Assembly (NCBI GenBank): GCA_051439425.1 | Contig: JBFRWD010000103.1 | Coordinates: 1 to 64,000 of the forward strand | Length of the DNA: 64,000 nt | Origin: Synechococcus sp. | GTDB lineage: Bacteria; Cyanobacteriota; Cyanobacteriia; Thermostichales; PCC-7336 | Direction of reading: 5' to 3' | Shown here: positions 48,785-59,562 of the stretch, piece after piece | Layout of the letters: every line of letters begins with the position of its first letter | Position numbering within the stretch: position 1 is the stretch's first letter | Made by a program: the position numbers and the translations under genes | The notes under the pieces: generated by a model | Told to the model about the DNA's origin: nothing | Database searches by the model: none | Seen by the model: only the letters and a program-made list of their open reading frames with translations

Positions 48785-50842
48785 CTAAGGCTCGCCCGCT
48801 AAGCTATCTGGCTGAGCTGAACGACCTGGCCCCTGTCGCAACCACCAAACAATCGCTTTTTGTTTAAGGCCGAACCAAATCCGCCCATTCAGTTTGATCG
48901 CAAACAACCCGTAGGCTCCGACAATCGCCATCAAACACAGCTCTCCCAAACGGCTGTAAGTACTGACAATACGCGCTGCACTCCAACCGTGATCGAAATT
49001 CAGGCGATTCATATCTCCCCCCGCATCTCCCGAGCCGAACAGCATGGTGCCCCACGGAATATCTTGTAAACCCCGATCGATCAGATGCCACTGCCAAAAT
49101 GCCTGACAGAACGTGCTAGCAGCCACGAACAACACAACAAATCGCCAAAAATCCCATCGCAAGCGATCCGGTAGTTTGAAATAAAAACCCACAATAAAGA
49201 GCGTGCTGAGATAAAACTCCCCCCCGACTCCACCGAATACGACCAGCAGGTCGAATACACGTTCGCTCAATCCCCATGTCATGACGGCTTGCACTACTGC
49301 CAATACAACAGCTAGCACCATCGGCCACCGTTTCCGCTCCCGTCTTCCCGCCACAAACAGCAAACCCAACAAAAATAGGATGCCAATGTAGACAAATGTG
49401 CTGCGTTCGCCAGAAATACTCGTCCAGCCAAACGGTAGTGGTAGAGCACGATATCCTGCCATCCAGGCCACCGTTGCATGACCCAATTCATGTATCCAGA
49501 TTTGCAGAGGCAACATCAGGATCGGAACAATTGTGTTGGCCATCATGGCCGCAATTAAGGCCACCGGCACTGCCGCAATATTCACGATCGGACTGTCGAA
49601 GCTAAATCGGTCAAAGTCGGGAGTTAGGGTGCGATCGCTCTCCAGATCTAGTTCGGATGTCCAGCGGATCGAGCGATTGTTGTTGAGGCCGTAAATCTTG
49701 ATGTGAGTGAGGTGGTTTGGAAGGGGCAATGTCTGCAGCGTCGTAAAGATCAGCGCTGTTGTGCCCCGCTTTCCTGGTGTATTTTCGGCTGAAACTTGCA
49801 GTCTTAATTCTTGGCCGTGGATGGAGGCTCGGGTCAAGGCACGCCAGGGAGTTAGAGACCGATCGACCAAGCGAGCGATCGCCGCTATATTGCCGACTGC
49901 CGCCCGTCTTTCCATGGATGGTTCGTGGAACGGCTGTACCGGTTGAGGCCCCGTCTCGTCGATGGGCTCGGATTTAGGGAGGACGATGGGGGAAATGGTC
50001 TCTTCTGGAGGGTTGAAATCCGGTAGCGAGACTTGATAGCCAGTCAGAGCTTGCTCCATTTGAGGCAAGGCCAAATTGGGATTGTGGCAGTAACGACTGA
50101 GCCAGACTGCCACCGATCGAAACCATTCTTGTTTGAGGCTGCGAACGGTTGCTAGCCAATCACGATGGGCAGCTGGTACTGATTCGCTCCGAAACTTATC
50201 GGGGCGCTCGAAAAATCCACCCAAAGCCCCCAGCAGTTCAAGCCGATCCCGATCCTCCAGCTTGTGAACGTACATCACTGCAGCTACCACCAATTCGGGG
50301 GGAGGGGGAAGTTCGATCGTCAGTAAGTGACTGCGAACAAACTGAAACTGAGCCAGAGAAACCGGGGCAGACCGTACCGGTTCAGCCAGATCAACCGTGG
50401 AATGGCACACGGATGGATTGCCCTCAGCGTCCAATAGCCATAGCGTGATGCCATCGATGTTGGGGACAAAGGTTTGGGTTTCTTCAGCTAGCAATGTGAC
50501 CAAGTCGGGATCGATTGTGTCAGTGTCTGGAATAACAATCTGTAAGTGGCGATCGCGGACGGATACCTGCAACGTCACTGACCACTCTGTGGCTGCATGT
50601 TGCAACAGTTCTTGAATGTCGAAATCTTCCACCGCTCGTTCCTGCACCTGTGATGGTTCGGGTGCCGTAGTCGCTGTTTCGTTGGCGTGTGGCAAACGCT
50701 CTGCGGTCGGAACCGTTGAAGATATTAGGAAACACGGTTGCAGACGCTTGCTTGAAGCCATATCGATTAGCAGCGCGATCTCGCCTGCTACCGTGACTGT
50801 ACCCAGGAGGCCTTTTCGAACTTCACGGTATTGGGTAAGCAC
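48785..50842 (-). CDS. Membrane protein with C-terminal M50-like HExxH domain (start uncertain)
   Basis: IWIHELGHA inside a multi-TM C-terminal region; long soluble N-terminus. Confidence 0.7.
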   Translation of the reverse strand: MLTQYREVRKGLLGTVTVAGEIALLIDMASSKRLQPCFLISSTVPTAERLPHANETATTAPEPSQVQERAVEDFDIQELLQHAATEWSVTLQVSVRDRHLQIVIPDTDTIDPDLVTLLAEETQTFVPNIDGITLWLLDAEGNPSVCHSTVDLAEPVRSAPVSLAQFQFVRSHLLTIELPPPPELVVAAVMYVHKLEDRDRLELLGALGGFFERPDKFRSESVPAAHRDWLATVRSLKQEWFRSVAVWLSRYCHNPNLALPQMEQALTGYQVSLPDFNPPEETISPIVLPKSEPIDETGPQPVQPFHEPSMERRAAVGNIAAIARLVDRSLTPWRALTRASIHGQELRLQVSAENTPGKRGTTALIFTTLQTLPLPNHLTHIKIYGLNNNRSIRWTSELDLESDRTLTPDFDRFSFDSPIVNIAAVPVALIAAMMANTIVPILMLPLQIWIHELGHATVAWMAGYRALPLPFGWTSISGERSTFVYIGILFLLGLLFVAGRRERKRWPMVLAVVLAVVQAVMTWGLSERVFDLLVVFGGVGGEFYLSTLFIVGFYFKLPDRLRWDFWRFVVLFVAASTFCQAFWQWHLIDRGLQDIPWGTMLFGSGDAGGDMNRLNFDHGWSAARIVSTYSRLGELCLMAIVGAYGLFAIKLNGRIWFGLKQKAIVWWLRQGPGRSAQPDSLAGEP

Positions 50843-50914
50843 GCTAGAGATAGGAGATAAATCAGTATTGCAAGTAAGGGGGGTACGATCGAACTGTCGG
50901 CGGAGACACTACTG

Positions 50915-51403
50915 ATGCAGTTGATTGTGATGCGGCACGGGATTGCCGAAGAGCGCTCCCTCGAATTAAGGGATGCAGATCGGGCACTGACTCCTAAGGG
51001 ACGCAAACGAACTCAGGCAATCGCCCAATGGTTGAGGCATCGTTGGCAGAACTGGGATGCATTACTCTCCAGCCCGTTAGTGAGGGCTCGGCAAACAGCA
51101 GAAATTCTCCAGGAGGAAGGGATAGTGGCTGACGTCGAGTACTTTGATGCACTGGCACCGGGGGGATCGTTCCAAGATTTAGTGAAATGGAAGAGTTCTA
51201 ACTCGGACGCAAGCACTGTTGCCATTGTGGGGCATCAACCCGATTTGGGGGATTGGGTCGAGTTCTCGGTTTGGGGGCAAGCCAGTGGACGAGTTCAGCT
51301 CAAAAAAGCAGGAATCGCTGTGGTTAACTTTCCAGCAGGTCGACTGCGGTTAGGGGGAGGAGTATTGAGCGAGTTGTGGACTCCCAAGAGCATGCTCGGA
51401 TAA
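50915..51403 (+). CDS. sixA: Phosphohistidine phosphatase SixA
   Basis: MRHGIAE, DRALT..G, SSPLVRARQTA, VGHQP. Confidence 0.93.
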   Translation: MQLIVMRHGIAEERSLELRDADRALTPKGRKRTQAIAQWLRHRWQNWDALLSSPLVRARQTAEILQEEGIVADVEYFDALAPGGSFQDLVKWKSSNSDASTVAIVGHQPDLGDWVEFSVWGQASGRVQLKKAGIAVVNFPAGRLRLGGGVLSELWTPKSMLG

Positions 51404-51450
51404 CCTCGGAGGTTTATGGAACCCATGCATGCAATCTGTCTGTTGGTCCG

Positions 51451-52269
<819 letters not shown>

Positions 52270-52706
52270 CTATCGAGTTTGGGGGCAATCTCACGAACAG
52301 ACTCGCTAACGCGCTCATTAGGCGAGTACAGTGCTGTGTCAAAATGGCGTCCGAATCGTTTGCTGCTTATCAGCAAGCCTTGACCCCATCAGTCACGAAT
52401 TCGAGCAAATTCATTAATCTGAAGACAATGGGATTGCTCTATCTCCTGCCATTCAGATGCAACTGAAGAACATGCCATCATCGCAAGCCAAACAAACACA
52501 TTAGTTGACCGAGGCTCACAATCTACGACAGCATGTAAGCTACATTCGTGAAAATATATGGCAGAAGGCAAACGGTTAAGCAGATTTTTGAAACTTTTTC
52601 CCGACTCATAAGGGCTGGAGGTTTCTCAGATCTCTCGACCGTGTAGCAGATTGTCACAACTCTCAAGTCCCATACCATTCTCACCTCTGAGGCATAACTG
52701 CCCATC

Positions 52707-53588
52707 ATGTCAAACCATCAAGCGGACAGACAACACCTCGTCATTCGTGTCTTGGTGGTTGACGATCAAAAAATGATGCAGGAGCTGATGAAAGACTACC
52801 TCGGCATCGCAGACGATATAGAAATTGTGGCTGTTGCGAGTGATGGTCGAGACGGAGTTCAGCAAGCATTGGCACTAAATCCAGACGTAGTGCTGATGGA
52901 TATTGAGATGCCTGAAATGGACGGCATTGCAGCTACACAAATGCTGAGAAACCGAAATTCCTCCGCAAAAATTTTGGTCGTGAGTAGCAGCTACGACGAT
53001 CGCTATTTGGCACAGTCATTACGCCATGGAGCCATGGGCTATTTGCTCAAAACAGCCACTCCAGAAGAATTGGTTATGGCAATTCGAGGCGTGCATTCAG
53101 GCAACTTGCAGTTTGGTAGCGGTATTCTGCAGCAGAAATTATCTAGCATGGCACCCGGCAGCAAGGCTATTACCTCCCGTCCTTCTCAGTCACGCACCCA
53201 AGGCTCAGCCCAAAAACGCTCATCAACATCATCGCGCACTCCTATTTCCCGCGACTCCAACCGCTCGAACCAAACAGCTCAGCCTTCCCCCTCAAAGAAC
53301 AGTCAACCCTCGTCCCGACATACCATCCGTTCGGCAAACAGTCGGCAGCACCCACCCACTGTCACCATAGATGTAGGTGCAGCACCCACAGAATCCAGAC
53401 AGCAAGTCAATAATTCTGATAGACGCGAGAACGTAACGATACAAAATCTGGCAATTGAATTAGCACAAATCCGCGCTGGATATTGGGTGTTAAGAACTGA
53501 AATTCAAGCTCAGCGTCGCTGGCTCAATCGACTGTCGGTAGGGTTGGCCATTTCAGTTGCCGTCTCTTGTTTGTTTGCCTTCTTCTAG
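52707..53588 (+). CDS. NarL-type receiver domain protein, no HTH, C-terminal TM helix
   Basis: VLVVDD, VLMDIEMP.MDG, GYLLK; Ser-rich linker; hydrophobic tail. Confidence 0.88.
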   Translation: MSNHQADRQHLVIRVLVVDDQKMMQELMKDYLGIADDIEIVAVASDGRDGVQQALALNPDVVLMDIEMPEMDGIAATQMLRNRNSSAKILVVSSSYDDRYLAQSLRHGAMGYLLKTATPEELVMAIRGVHSGNLQFGSGILQQKLSSMAPGSKAITSRPSQSRTQGSAQKRSSTSSRTPISRDSNRSNQTAQPSPSKNSQPSSRHTIRSANSRQHPPTVTIDVGAAPTESRQQVNNSDRRENVTIQNLAIELAQIRAGYWVLRTEIQAQRRWLNRLSVGLAISVAVSCLFAFF

Positions 53589-54005
53589 AGGCGATACCTC
53601 TCCAAACGGAAGAGGCAGAGTCAATCACAATACCGCATGCACCAGAGTGGATAACTAAATCGAGGCATTTTCAAGTTGCATTAAGTGCCCAGCAATTAGA
53701 CCAACAGCATTGAGTTGTTGAGAGTCCTGAAGGTCGAGCTTGCCAGGGCTGCTGAGGGCATGCAATTACCTACAAAAGTTAAGGACTATTGTGTTTTCGC
53801 ATGAGTCTACCGAAAAAATCATTTCTCAAAATATCGCTAGGTTCCGAATAATGCCTTACGATAAGATGAAGCCTTAGGTAGATCTACCGAATCGTTAGTC
53901 TGTAATTTCAAGGTTTCAGCCTGGTACCTGCACTTCAAACGCAGATACGTCCTGCCCTAAAAATCCCCACACTTAAAGTCCTCTTACCTCTTTACAGTGC
54001 GAATT

Positions 54006-54788
54006 ATGTCTCATTCAAGTTCTGCTGCTTCCATTCGCGTTTTGGTAGTGGACGATCAAAAAATGATGCGTACAATCCTCAAGGATTATGTCGACTCGGC
54101 TGATGACATTGAGGTGGTGGGATTGGCGTCTAACGGTCGGGAAGGGGTTGAACAAGCGTTAGCCCTGCGACCAGATGTCGTGCTTATGGACATCGAGATG
54201 CCTGAGATGGACGGGATAAACGCAACTCAGCTGATAAAACGCAATGACTCAACAGCCAAGGTTTTGGTTGTCAGCACTAGTTATGAGGATCGCTATCTCG
54301 CGCAGGCACTACGCAATGGCGCCATGGGCTACCTTTTAAAGACAACGTCGGCTGCAGACCTTGTGGCTGCCATTCGCGGGGTGTATGACGGCAACCTTCA
54401 GTTCGGTCGCGACGTATTACAGCGCGAACTTTGGAGTTCCACACCGAATGCCAAAAAGCTACCTAAACGGGTGGAATCAGCCATGGGTTCCGATACTCCG
54501 TTCGGTAACGGCAATGGTCATAATAGTTCCGGCCAGTTGGTTCTTGAAAACGACCGGAAGGTTTTAGCAGCAACCGAAGGGAGAATTCAAGCAACATCTG
54601 CTGCACCTGAAGCGGCCCCAGCACCTCAAGCTCCAAGCTCGATGAATCTCGCCTCTGAATTAATGCAAGTTCGGTCTGGGTACTGGGTACTAAAAACTGA
54701 AATGCAAATGCTTCGTCGATGGCTCGGCAGCATGATGATCGGTATTGGCGTTTGTATTTGCCTGACATTCATCGCCTTGTTTTACTAA
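54006..54788 (+). CDS. NarL-type receiver domain protein, tandem paralog with C-terminal TM helix
   Basis: Same REC motifs; shared NLA.EL.Q.R.GYWVL.TE.Q..RRWL plus TM. Confidence 0.88.
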   Translation: MSHSSSAASIRVLVVDDQKMMRTILKDYVDSADDIEVVGLASNGREGVEQALALRPDVVLMDIEMPEMDGINATQLIKRNDSTAKVLVVSTSYEDRYLAQALRNGAMGYLLKTTSAADLVAAIRGVYDGNLQFGRDVLQRELWSSTPNAKKLPKRVESAMGSDTPFGNGNGHNSSGQLVLENDRKVLAATEGRIQATSAAPEAAPAPQAPSSMNLASELMQVRSGYWVLKTEMQMLRRWLGSMMIGIGVCICLTFIALFY

Positions 54789-54875
54789 TGGGCTCTGGTG
54801 GACTGCGTGCCCCTAATGGAGTCTGTCGACCGTACAACTTCATAGAAGTATTGTGATGTCATCTCACTGCATCGA

Positions 54876-54969
54876 TACAGCGATCGGTCATCTGCTATGG
54901 AGAGTCCACAATTCATACCTCTTACAATCCTTGGAGTTGAGCTGTCCCAGACGCTAGACTTTACAGCGG
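54876..54969 (-). repeat. Dispersed element family 1, copy G (left end truncated)
   Basis: Right end CTCCATAGCAGATGACCGATCGCTGTA; partial left end CCGCTGTAAAGTCTAGCG. Confidence 0.7.
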
Positions 54970-55264
54970 TGTTACTTATGGAGACCATCGCTTGAGCCTT
55001 GACTCCGTCTGGAAGTGGGACAAATAGCGCCAGAGGATTCGGATCGTCACAACAGTTGGTTCGCTGGCTTCAAGGACGTTAAGACGAGGAGAGCCGGTCA
55101 TACCAAGGCCGCAACAAAAGCACGTGAATTCTGCAACAAGTCATCCTCTTGAGGCGAGATGACCTTCGAAGAGGACGCATATCGGTTCGTTCATCAGCTC
55201 GACAGAGCAATTTGAGTTGAATAATCCCTTAGATGTGCAACAAAGCCATTAGGATTTGAACCCC

Positions 55265-55297
55265 CCAGTCCCTCTCCCAACATGGGAGAGGGACTGG
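55265..55297. repeat. REP-like perfect hairpin
   Basis: CCAGTCCCTCTCCCA-ACA-TGGGAGAGGGACTGG, 15-bp stem with a CCCTCTCCC/GGGAGAGGG core. Confidence 0.75.
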
Positions 55298-56030
55298 AGG
55301 TGCGGGTTATCGAAATCATGTCGTTCACCGCTCAAACAGAGGGCTGACTTGTCTTGTTGTTTTTGCATTTTGCAAGACCCTACATGCCCTAGAGGGGCAG
55401 AAGACATCGCATACAGTGTCAGCGTAAAAGTAATGGATCGGTGTAAAAGTAATGGGCGAGCGCTCGTCCGCAAGATCGTCGCCATCCCATACGCTGCTTG
55501 ACTGTAATCTCCTCGAGGCCAACCACTCCCAGAAGCTTCCCTGGCAGACCAATGGAAATGCCAGACGAACGAGCGTGGCACAGCAGCCCCCCAAGCAATC
55601 CTTAAGGGTATTGGCGCTCGAACGCTCGTATCAAGCACAAATAAACGATCGCCAAGAACACGCGACCATCAACTGCCCATTTCAGAAGCAAACTGAGACC
55701 ACAATCGTTTGTTTTTGATATGAATAGGTTAGTGGGATTTCAGTTTACCTCAGACTTGTATCTATTGTTACGCATTGAACTATAAGTTCGTCCAGCTTTT
55801 CCGTGTCATTCGAAATTCAAGAACAAGCCAAGAGCTAGGAGAATGATTAATGAATACGGTGGCGAGCACAGCTTGAAATAATTTTGGATAGAAGCCGATT
55901 GAACCAAACAAAAAATATCATATTCGCGTTCAAAATACAATTTGTAGTTAAGGGTTTTCACGCAGGCCTCAAGAAAATAGGCATAGAATGAAACACTCGA
56001 TAAGGCGATTTCCAATCATAAATAAAACCT

Positions 56031-56074
56031 AAAAACTCACGTCATAACTAGCCACAAGCCAGTTATGACGTGAG
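56031..56074 (-). terminator. Hairpin with T run on the minus strand
   Basis: CTCACGTCATAACT...AGTTATGACGTGAG 14-bp stem preceded by AAAAA on plus. Confidence 0.6.
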
Positions 56075-56075
56075 G

Positions 56076-56175
56076 TGTAGCGATCGGTCATCTGCTATGG
56101 AGACTTGTTTGCTTTTCCGGCCAGTCAACGCTTTGAGTTGTCGTTGCTCTCCAGCCCTCACAGCAGATTGCCATA
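56076..56175 (-). repeat. Dispersed element family 1, copy H (100 bp)
   Basis: TATGGCAATCTGCTGTGAGGGCTGGAG - 46 nt - CTCCATAGCAGATGACCGATCGCTACA. Confidence 0.8.
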
Positions 56176-56775
56176 GTTTCGGCAAGGAAAGGCTTGTAAC
56201 CCATCAAACAATTTCCGTCAGCACAGACTTGTAAAGTTTGGTAATGAGATATATCTAGACCGAGGTGATTTCAAATTAGCGACATATATCGAATTCGTTA
56301 GTGATATCGGACGTTCAATCATCTACCTAGAATGAATCGCTCGACACAGAAAACCAACTTTTGAATGTCTAGTATCGATGCAGATTGAATAAAAGTAAAA
56401 GCATTTGTAAAAATTCAGATTTAGCACGACTAGGGCAAGACTTTTTCAATACAATGTTTTCAGGATTGGAGCAGAAAATCTATATGGAGTATGGGTTGTA
56501 AAGACTAAACGGTGCTATTTATGGTGCAGGTGCATAAGCAATCACTAAGTGCTAGAACGTTCAAGACGTGTAATGAACCTTCAACAATCGGTGGTTTTAC
56601 TGTTTCGCATAGAGAGAGGGTTTGAAAGATGTGAAGTAGACAGGTAGATAGCGGCAAAAGCCGTTTTTTTGATTAGTGGTATGTTGAGCTGGATGATCGT
56701 TGTTTCGGTTGAACTTGAGTTCGGCTGCAACAATGTCTTCTTAGCTTGTTCGTTCTCCTCACACAAGTAAGACAG

Positions 56776-58044
56776 ATGGAACAAGTAAAGATTTTGAATT
56801 GTTCTCTAGATAACATCACTAGAGAATGGCTATTGGAAAAGCTGAGGTATGGCGGTTCAGTTTTTACACTGAACGTCGATCACCTTATGAAATTGCAAAC
56901 GCATTCTGATTTCTATCGTGCCTATGCGTCAGCAACGTATCGAGTCTGCGACAGTCAAATCCTAAAGTTTGCGTTTCAATTAGTTGGGCAACCGATCCGT
57001 GAAAAAATCTCGGGATCGGATTTATTGCCAGCTTATATTGATTACTACCGTAACGATCCAAACGTCAAATTGTTTCTACTCGGAGCCGCTGAAGGTGTAG
57101 CAGAGGAAGTACAGCATCACGTCAATCAACGCGCAAATAGAGAGATGGTTGTAGGCGTGTATTCTCCTTCTTATGGCTTTGAAGCCGATGAGATCGAATG
57201 TCAGCAAATTATCAATCGAATCGAGCGATCGCAAGCGACCACTTTAGTTGTCGGTTTAGGGGCACCGAAACAAGAGATCTGGATTCATCAGAATCGCCGA
57301 AAGCTGAAAACGGTTCGCACATTTTTGGCCATTGGTGCTGGCTTAGACTTTCTGTCAGGCAATCAACAGCGATCGCCGCGATGGATGAGTAATTGTGGAT
57401 TGGAATGGCTCTACAGACTGCTCAGCGAGCCAAAGCGTTTGTGGAAGCGGTATTTGGTCGAGAGCCTTCCCTTCTTCTGGCTGGTGCCACAGCAAGTAGT
57501 GGGTACCTATCGGTCCCCGAAGTTTGGGACGGCAGAATTAGACCGGGCCACAGACATTGAGTCTACGAACAATACATTAGTTCGAGCAGGCTTACTAACC
57601 GAAGAGCAACTGGCAGTAGTTAGCTCGCAGCAGCAGGCTGACCCTCACCAAAGCATGGCAGACATTATTTCTGCCCAAGGGTGGCTTAAACAGCAAACCA
57701 TAGATTTTTTCGTGAATGAGCTTCCACGGATCGAAGGTGATATGCGCCAAAAGCCACTGGGAGTGTATTTAGTCGATGCCGGTTTGCTAAGTTCTATGCA
57801 ACTAGCATTCCTCCTGCGGGATAAGCAACGACATGGTGGCAATACTACTGGACGCTATTCCATAGGAGACCGTGTTGTCCAGAATGGTTGGATCGCTCGC
57901 AAAACGGTTGATTTCTTCCTCACGGAGGTTGCGCCAGATTGCGAATTGATTCCTTACGAAATCTTTGAGCGTCCTTCGATCGCTGATTTTTCAGGGCGGA
58001 GACGATTCCCCCGCACCCAGGGAATGGAACGAGCAGCAACGTAG
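56776..58044 (+). CDS. WecB/TagA/CpsF glycosyltransferase with C-terminal MshEN-like repeats
   Basis: TLNVDH, EKISGSDL, FLLGA, VGLGAPKQE.WI, GAGLDF, GLEWLYRLLSEPKRLWKRY. Confidence 0.92.
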   Translation: MEQVKILNCSLDNITREWLLEKLRYGGSVFTLNVDHLMKLQTHSDFYRAYASATYRVCDSQILKFAFQLVGQPIREKISGSDLLPAYIDYYRNDPNVKLFLLGAAEGVAEEVQHHVNQRANREMVVGVYSPSYGFEADEIECQQIINRIERSQATTLVVGLGAPKQEIWIHQNRRKLKTVRTFLAIGAGLDFLSGNQQRSPRWMSNCGLEWLYRLLSEPKRLWKRYLVESLPFFWLVPQQVVGTYRSPKFGTAELDRATDIESTNNTLVRAGLLTEEQLAVVSSQQQADPHQSMADIISAQGWLKQQTIDFFVNELPRIEGDMRQKPLGVYLVDAGLLSSMQLAFLLRDKQRHGGNTTGRYSIGDRVVQNGWIARKTVDFFLTEVAPDCELIPYEIFERPSIADFSGRRRFPRTQGMERAAT

Positions 58045-58205
58045 CGTCTCAGGTTTTTGCGGACGGCTAGAGCGATCGGATGCCGTTTGTAAAACTTGTT
58101 TATCTTCCATGTACATTCATCCAGTCTGAATATTTCAGGCACAAACAACGTAATCAAATAACGTCCGAACTCTAACTCTATAGAGTTTGGAAGCGCGGTC
58201 AAACA

Positions 58206-58976
58206 TTGATCTATCAGGGGGTATTAATTGTGAAGAGCTTATTGTTTGTATTTGATGGCGTATTGACGCCATTTCGATTCAAGTATTCCGAGTTGTTCAA
58301 GACCACTTCAGCCTATTATTCCTCAAAGGATGTTTCGGGAGCATTCGGTTCCTTTTGGTGCGATCGCTTACATCCTTCCACTCGATGTTGGAGAAAGCGG
58401 CTATTAGATATAGTTGGTAGCTTTATTGGGCTATCGATCTCAGCGATTATTTTTCTACCGATCGCCATTGCCATTCGATTGGATAGTCCGGGGTCGATTT
58501 TCTTTTCGCAGGTACGTTGTGGTCTTAACGGCAAGACGTTCAGACTGTGGAAGTTTCGCACGATGGTTGAAAATGCCGAAGCGATCAAAGCTTCGGTCGA
58601 GAATGAGGCAACGGGCTGTTTTTTCAAGAACGAGTTCGACCCTAGAGTAACTCGGGTAGGGCATTTTTTACGAAAGACTAGCTTGGATGAACTACCTCAA
58701 TTTTGGAATGTCCTGGTGGGAGATATGAGTCTTGTGGGGACTAGACCTCCAACAATGGACGAGGTCTCTCAATACCAGCCGCATCACTATAATCGGCTGT
58801 TAGTCAAGCCAGGAATTACTGGGGAGTGGCAAGTGCACGGACGATCGAGCGTGCGTGATTTTGAAGAAGTTGTAGAACTCGATCTGTCTTACCAGAAACG
58901 CTGGTCGATTTTGTACGACATGGTGTTGGTCCTGAAAACTGTCTGGGTGGTTTTTTTACGAAAAGGAGCCTGCTAA
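58206..58976 (+). CDS. Bacterial sugar transferase (priming phosphoglycosyltransferase; start uncertain)
   Basis: KRLLDI, KFRTM, DPRVTRVG.FLRKTSLDELPQF.NVL.GDMSLVG.RP, KPGITG.WQV. Confidence 0.95.
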   Translation: MIYQGVLIVKSLLFVFDGVLTPFRFKYSELFKTTSAYYSSKDVSGAFGSFWCDRLHPSTRCWRKRLLDIVGSFIGLSISAIIFLPIAIAIRLDSPGSIFFSQVRCGLNGKTFRLWKFRTMVENAEAIKASVENEATGCFFKNEFDPRVTRVGHFLRKTSLDELPQFWNVLVGDMSLVGTRPPTMDEVSQYQPHHYNRLLVKPGITGEWQVHGRSSVRDFEEVVELDLSYQKRWSILYDMVLVLKTVWVVFLRKGAC

Positions 58977-59562
58977 GCAGACGTATAGCATAAGGTATTA
59001 GGGCAATTTTCATGCAAAAAATTCGAAATCGAGGACATCCTCTTCTCCTTAGATTTAAATCACAGGCTCCATTTATGCTGTGCTCCTAGACAATACTTGA
59101 TTTCATAGGTTGGCAGGTCTTGAAATCATTCTTAATGTCTTCGTTTCATGAGTATATCGTGCCGTAATTTAACTCAGTGACATTAGAAATCTAGGAGAAA
59201 TAATGCGGCTTGAATTGAGTTATTCCATATACTTTATAGGAGTTAGAGCTGCCACAATGAAACATATAGATACAAAATAGAGCATCATCGAAGCTATCCT
59301 GAAAGATAGAATGCCTGACAACAAAAATTATAGAAATTTTATCTATGATTTTTCCAGAGGAAGATGCCATTATTAGTTGCTCTCACTGTCTTGCTGTTTT
59401 GTTTTCTATATTTTGCTTGGTTTAAATCAATGAAGTATGCCTGAAAAGTAGGCCTTGGTAAGAATATTTTCTTTGGGTTTAGTTTGTCAGACAGGAAAAT
59501 GGACGGGCCTAAATTATGTTGCATAAGCCTTCCAGTCGCTGAAATCTACAAAGTTTGAAGTC

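Noticed and set aside
52609..52638. TAAGGGCTGGAGGTTTCTCAGATCTCTCGA resembling element D2
   Set aside because: Too short and lacks both termini; at most a remnant.
55758..55771. GTA-N8-TAC site
   Set aside because: The 6-nt core occurs often by chance, the flank is incomplete, and there is no nearby gene or spaced -10.
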